A stretch of DNA of 64,000 bases from Octopus vulgaris (Eukaryota): NCBI GenBank assembly GCA_951406725.2, contig OX597836.1, forward strand, positions 6,758,001 through 6,822,000. Direction: 5' to 3'. Below, piece after piece: positions 60,964 to 64,000 of this stretch. The stretch's first letter is position 1. The number at the start of each line of letters is the position of its first letter. The notes below the pieces were generated by a model. The model had not been told where the DNA came from. It ran no database searches and saw only the letters and a list, made by a program, of their open reading frames with translations. Made by a program: the position numbers and the translations under genes.

Positions 60964-61161
60964 GGCTAGCTGAGGGCTAGCTGAGGGCTAGATGATGGCT
61001 AGCTGAGGGCTAGCTGAGGGCTAGATGATGGCTAGATGATGGCTAGCTGAGGGCTAGCTGAGGGCTAGATGATGGCTAGATGATGGCTAGCTGATGGCTA
61101 GCTGAGGGCTAGCTGATGGCTAGATGATGGCTAGCTGAGGGCTAGATGATGGCTAGATGAT
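60964..61161. repeat. 11-bp minisatellite GGCTAG(C/A)TGA(G/T), 18 copies
   Basis: Counted directly. Confidence 0.97.
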
Positions 61162-61790
61162 GGATGGTCAGAGACACGGGGTAGAGGAGAGAAAGATGTT
61201 GGTCAAGGAGTGCCTTTCATTGTAAAATTAAAGTGATCCGCGGAGGTGGGTATTGACCAAACGGTGGAGTGAAATATCGATGGAGCTATGGCCGCCATTT
61301 GTGGCGACGTGAGGGGTCACTATGGAAGTAGGAGGAGGAGGAGGGAGCACAATAAACAAAACTTTACCAAACTTTTCTTGCTCAAATTTTGTTTTCCATA
61401 TTTAATTTTTGTTTTGTTTATTTATTTAATTTCATTGACTATTTATGATGTTTTTGTTTGTTTGGCTTTTTGCTGTTGTTGATATTTTTGTTGTTGATGT
61501 TGCGGTTGTTATTGCTATTGTTTCTCTTGTTTTATTGTTGTTTATTGTTTATCTTTTTGATGTTGTAGTTGTTCTTCTTGTTTTTGTTGCCGTTTTCCTG
61601 CTGCTGTTTAATGTTGTTTCTTATCGTTGATGTTGTTTTTAATTATGTATTTGTTGTTGTTGTTGTTGTTGTTCTTCTTCTTCTTCTTCTTCTCCTCCTT
61701 CTCCTCCGCCTTCTCCTTTTCTTCTTTTTCTGCTTCTTTTTCTTCTTCCTATTCTTCTTCTTATTATTATTATTATTACTATTATTATTG

Positions 61791-61873
<83 letters not shown>

Positions 61874-61881
61874 GTTATTAT

Positions 61882-62412
61882 TGAGTGAAAGAGTAGTGTT
61901 TGCTATCAAAGTAACGCTGTGGTACAAATATACGAAGCCCAATATACCCATCATGACTGCCTGTCTAATAAGGGTACACCAGGCACATGCATCACAACCA
62001 TATGTGCGCGACATGGTGATCTCATATCAAGATAAACAGCACATGACCTTGCGGGTGGAGCCCAGTAAAGAATTTTCTTTAGGTCGAGTAGTCCCTCCTG
62101 TTCAAGAGGTCCCCGAATAAGGGTTGTTTAAGGATGTTGAACGCAACACCCATATTTTCACAGGTGAATTATTCAAACCCCGAAGAATTCCTTTCAGCAC
62201 ATGGCTATGATGCTCCCTCATTATTTCTGCTCGTGATCGGAGATGCACATATCTTCAGCCATCAAGGAACATTTTCCACTGGCCAAGGTCAGCAGAATAT
62301 TTGCTGTAGTCCATCTTTTATACCAAGACAAAACAATGTACAGGATAACACTTCCAATCAGTTAAAATCAGAAGCTAGGAGAGCCACTGTCTGTTACTGC
62401 ACCAGGACGTTT
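61882..62412 (-). mobile_element. Interspersed repeat bounded by (TTA)n; probable 3' UTR-type retroelement fragment
   Basis: About 530 bp of complex sequence with a long (TTA)n on the left and ttgttattatt on the right. Recalled as an abundant octopus repeat; class and strand are inferred. Confidence 0.5.
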
Positions 62413-62420
62413 GTTATTAT

Positions 62421-63400
62421 TGGCACCCAAAATGTTGTCGGACGCTCGCAATCCTCTCCCAGTCGGGCGATGGGATCGATGGATGTCCCGCTTTAGAAAT
62501 TCATAGAGGATTAGCGGCGCGGAAGTGCGACGACTTTCTCCGGGAAACTCTGGGCATCGACGAGAACGAACTGGCTTGTCTGTTCCGAAGGACTTTCCGG
62601 TCAGGAACTATCATGGATAATTTCCAGATGTGCTTGGCCTGGCACTGCTACCGAGGGTTCGCTACCGGTTCCAGATAAACTCTAAAGGCACGGATGTGGT
62701 ATCAGACGGATTTATTCGAGGTGCACTCAGAGTGACGAAACCGTTCTGCACGCCCTTGTTCAGGGTCCGGACATTGCTGACCTGTGGGGACGAATCCATC
62801 TTTCGGCCGAGTCTGTAGTGATGATGGCACCGCCACCCTCCTTCAATCGGACAGGTAAGGCAGTTTTCCTTTGCCTGGTGGCTGTGGCGAAAGAGGTTGT
62901 TTGGTGGACAAGGTTGAAAAGCATGAGGACAGATACATTCCTCTTTCGTAGAGCTCTCATTGATTTCTTCGAGTTTCATTTGAAGAGAAAATTGAGAGTG
63001 GAAAGAGAAGTGCTGTCCTCGAGTGAATTTATCGAAAAGTGGGTGAAAGTTGCGAAAATGTCAAGAGTGGATGGTACGTCTCTAAGTGTAGACCTATGGG
63101 TCGGTGAGAAGGAATTGGAGAGGGCACTTGCTCATTAGGTTTCAGGGAAATCTTGGAAGTGGTGTTCCTCGATTATCCCTAGAGGCGTTCCTGTATCAGG
63201 AGGGTCACGTCTCTATCATCCCCCCCCCATTTTTTACCTATGCATGCCACGTATGTCTTTTCTTTTATACCGTGTGTACTTTCTTTTTATCAGTTTATTA
63301 TTGTATGTAAACCTCTACACTTTATGTCTGTCTCTGTATTGTCCTCCTCATTATTCGCCCTTGTGGCAAATAAACGAAATCATTATTATCATTATTATCA
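62421..63400 (+). mobile_element. 5'-truncated, frameshifted Tx1/L1-clade non-LTR retrotransposon (ORF2 C-terminus with zf-RVT-like region, plus 3' UTR)
   Basis: Translation across frameshifts: WHPKCCRTLAIL...LFRRTFRSGTIMDNFQMCLAWHCYRG / LPVPDKL*RHG...RCTQSDETVLHALVQGPDIADLW / FLCLVAVAKEVVWWTRLK...EFIEKWVKV. This matches the LAW..G.LPV..KL...C..C...ET..H..V.C....LW pattern of L1/Tx1 ORF2. Ends in AATAAA plus an ATC/ATT-repeat tail. Confidence 0.85.
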
Positions 63401-63786
63401 CCCGCTACAAGGGCCGGCCATTGTTTGAAAGTAACGATGGTGACTGAATAGTCAATAACAATGATGTGGTGAATGATGGCATAAAGAATAGAACGACACA
63501 AGCCGTATGGAAATCCACAGACTATATACCAGGCGCGTTCCAGCCATGACTGTCCTGTCATCCAATCAGATACAATATCGCCCAAAGAGTACAATAAATA
63601 TATACAACACCCTTTCTCGCTAAACTGTAGTTTGAGAGAGATTTAGCTGTTATTTTCAGCATATTGAAACACTACGTATATAATCACTCCTTGGCTCATT
63701 CATTGATTTCTCCGCTCGTCTTTGCTTAGGCAAAGACTTCGCTTGGTAATCGATTCTGCTCTGTATTGATCTTCACTTTAAGAAAA

Positions 63787-63838
63787 TGTGTCGTCTGCCT
63801 TGTGTCGTCTGCTTTGTGTCGTCTGCTTTGTATCGTCT
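63787..63838. repeat. 14-bp tandem repeat tgtgtcgtctgctt, about 3.7 copies
   Basis: Directly visible. Confidence 0.9.
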
Positions 63839-64000
63839 TTATCACGAACATGCTGAAACTGTAACACACATTGTTCTGTAACATATTAGAAACCACTGAA
63901 TAATCAGCTCAGTTACTAACTTTAATACGTTAAACGGAGGCATGAAACGATGGCAGACTCGTTAGAGCATCGGACAACGAAACGTTCACACCCCCGTCCA

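Overview
AT-rich eukaryotic DNA, saturated with (TA)n, (CA)n, (TACA)n, (GATA)n, (AAT/CAT)n and (ACT)n microsatellites. The repeat content resembles octopus/cephalopod genomic DNA (inference from SINE families and repeat load; no database check). No intact protein-coding gene is supportable, and almost all listed ORFs are microsatellite read-throughs. Recognisable content: three tRNA-derived SINE families (dozens of copies), a 5'-truncated Tx1/L1-clade LINE, decayed RTE-like and R4/Dong-like LINE pieces, mariner deletion derivatives, a MITE with 8-bp TSD and several fold-back elements. Best leads: (1) hammerhead-ribozyme motifs of the Penelope-like type, some inside inverted repeats; (2) a SINE whose 3' tail matches the 3' end of the Tx1-like LINE in the same window, and which forms concatemers with a recurrent junction; (3) small unique islands carrying YY1/AP-1/CRE/TALE/NF-Y motifs, a twice-repeated 24-nt motif and TGCA clusters, suggesting a cis-regulatory landscape or a large intron. 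Boundaries of decayed repeats are approximate.
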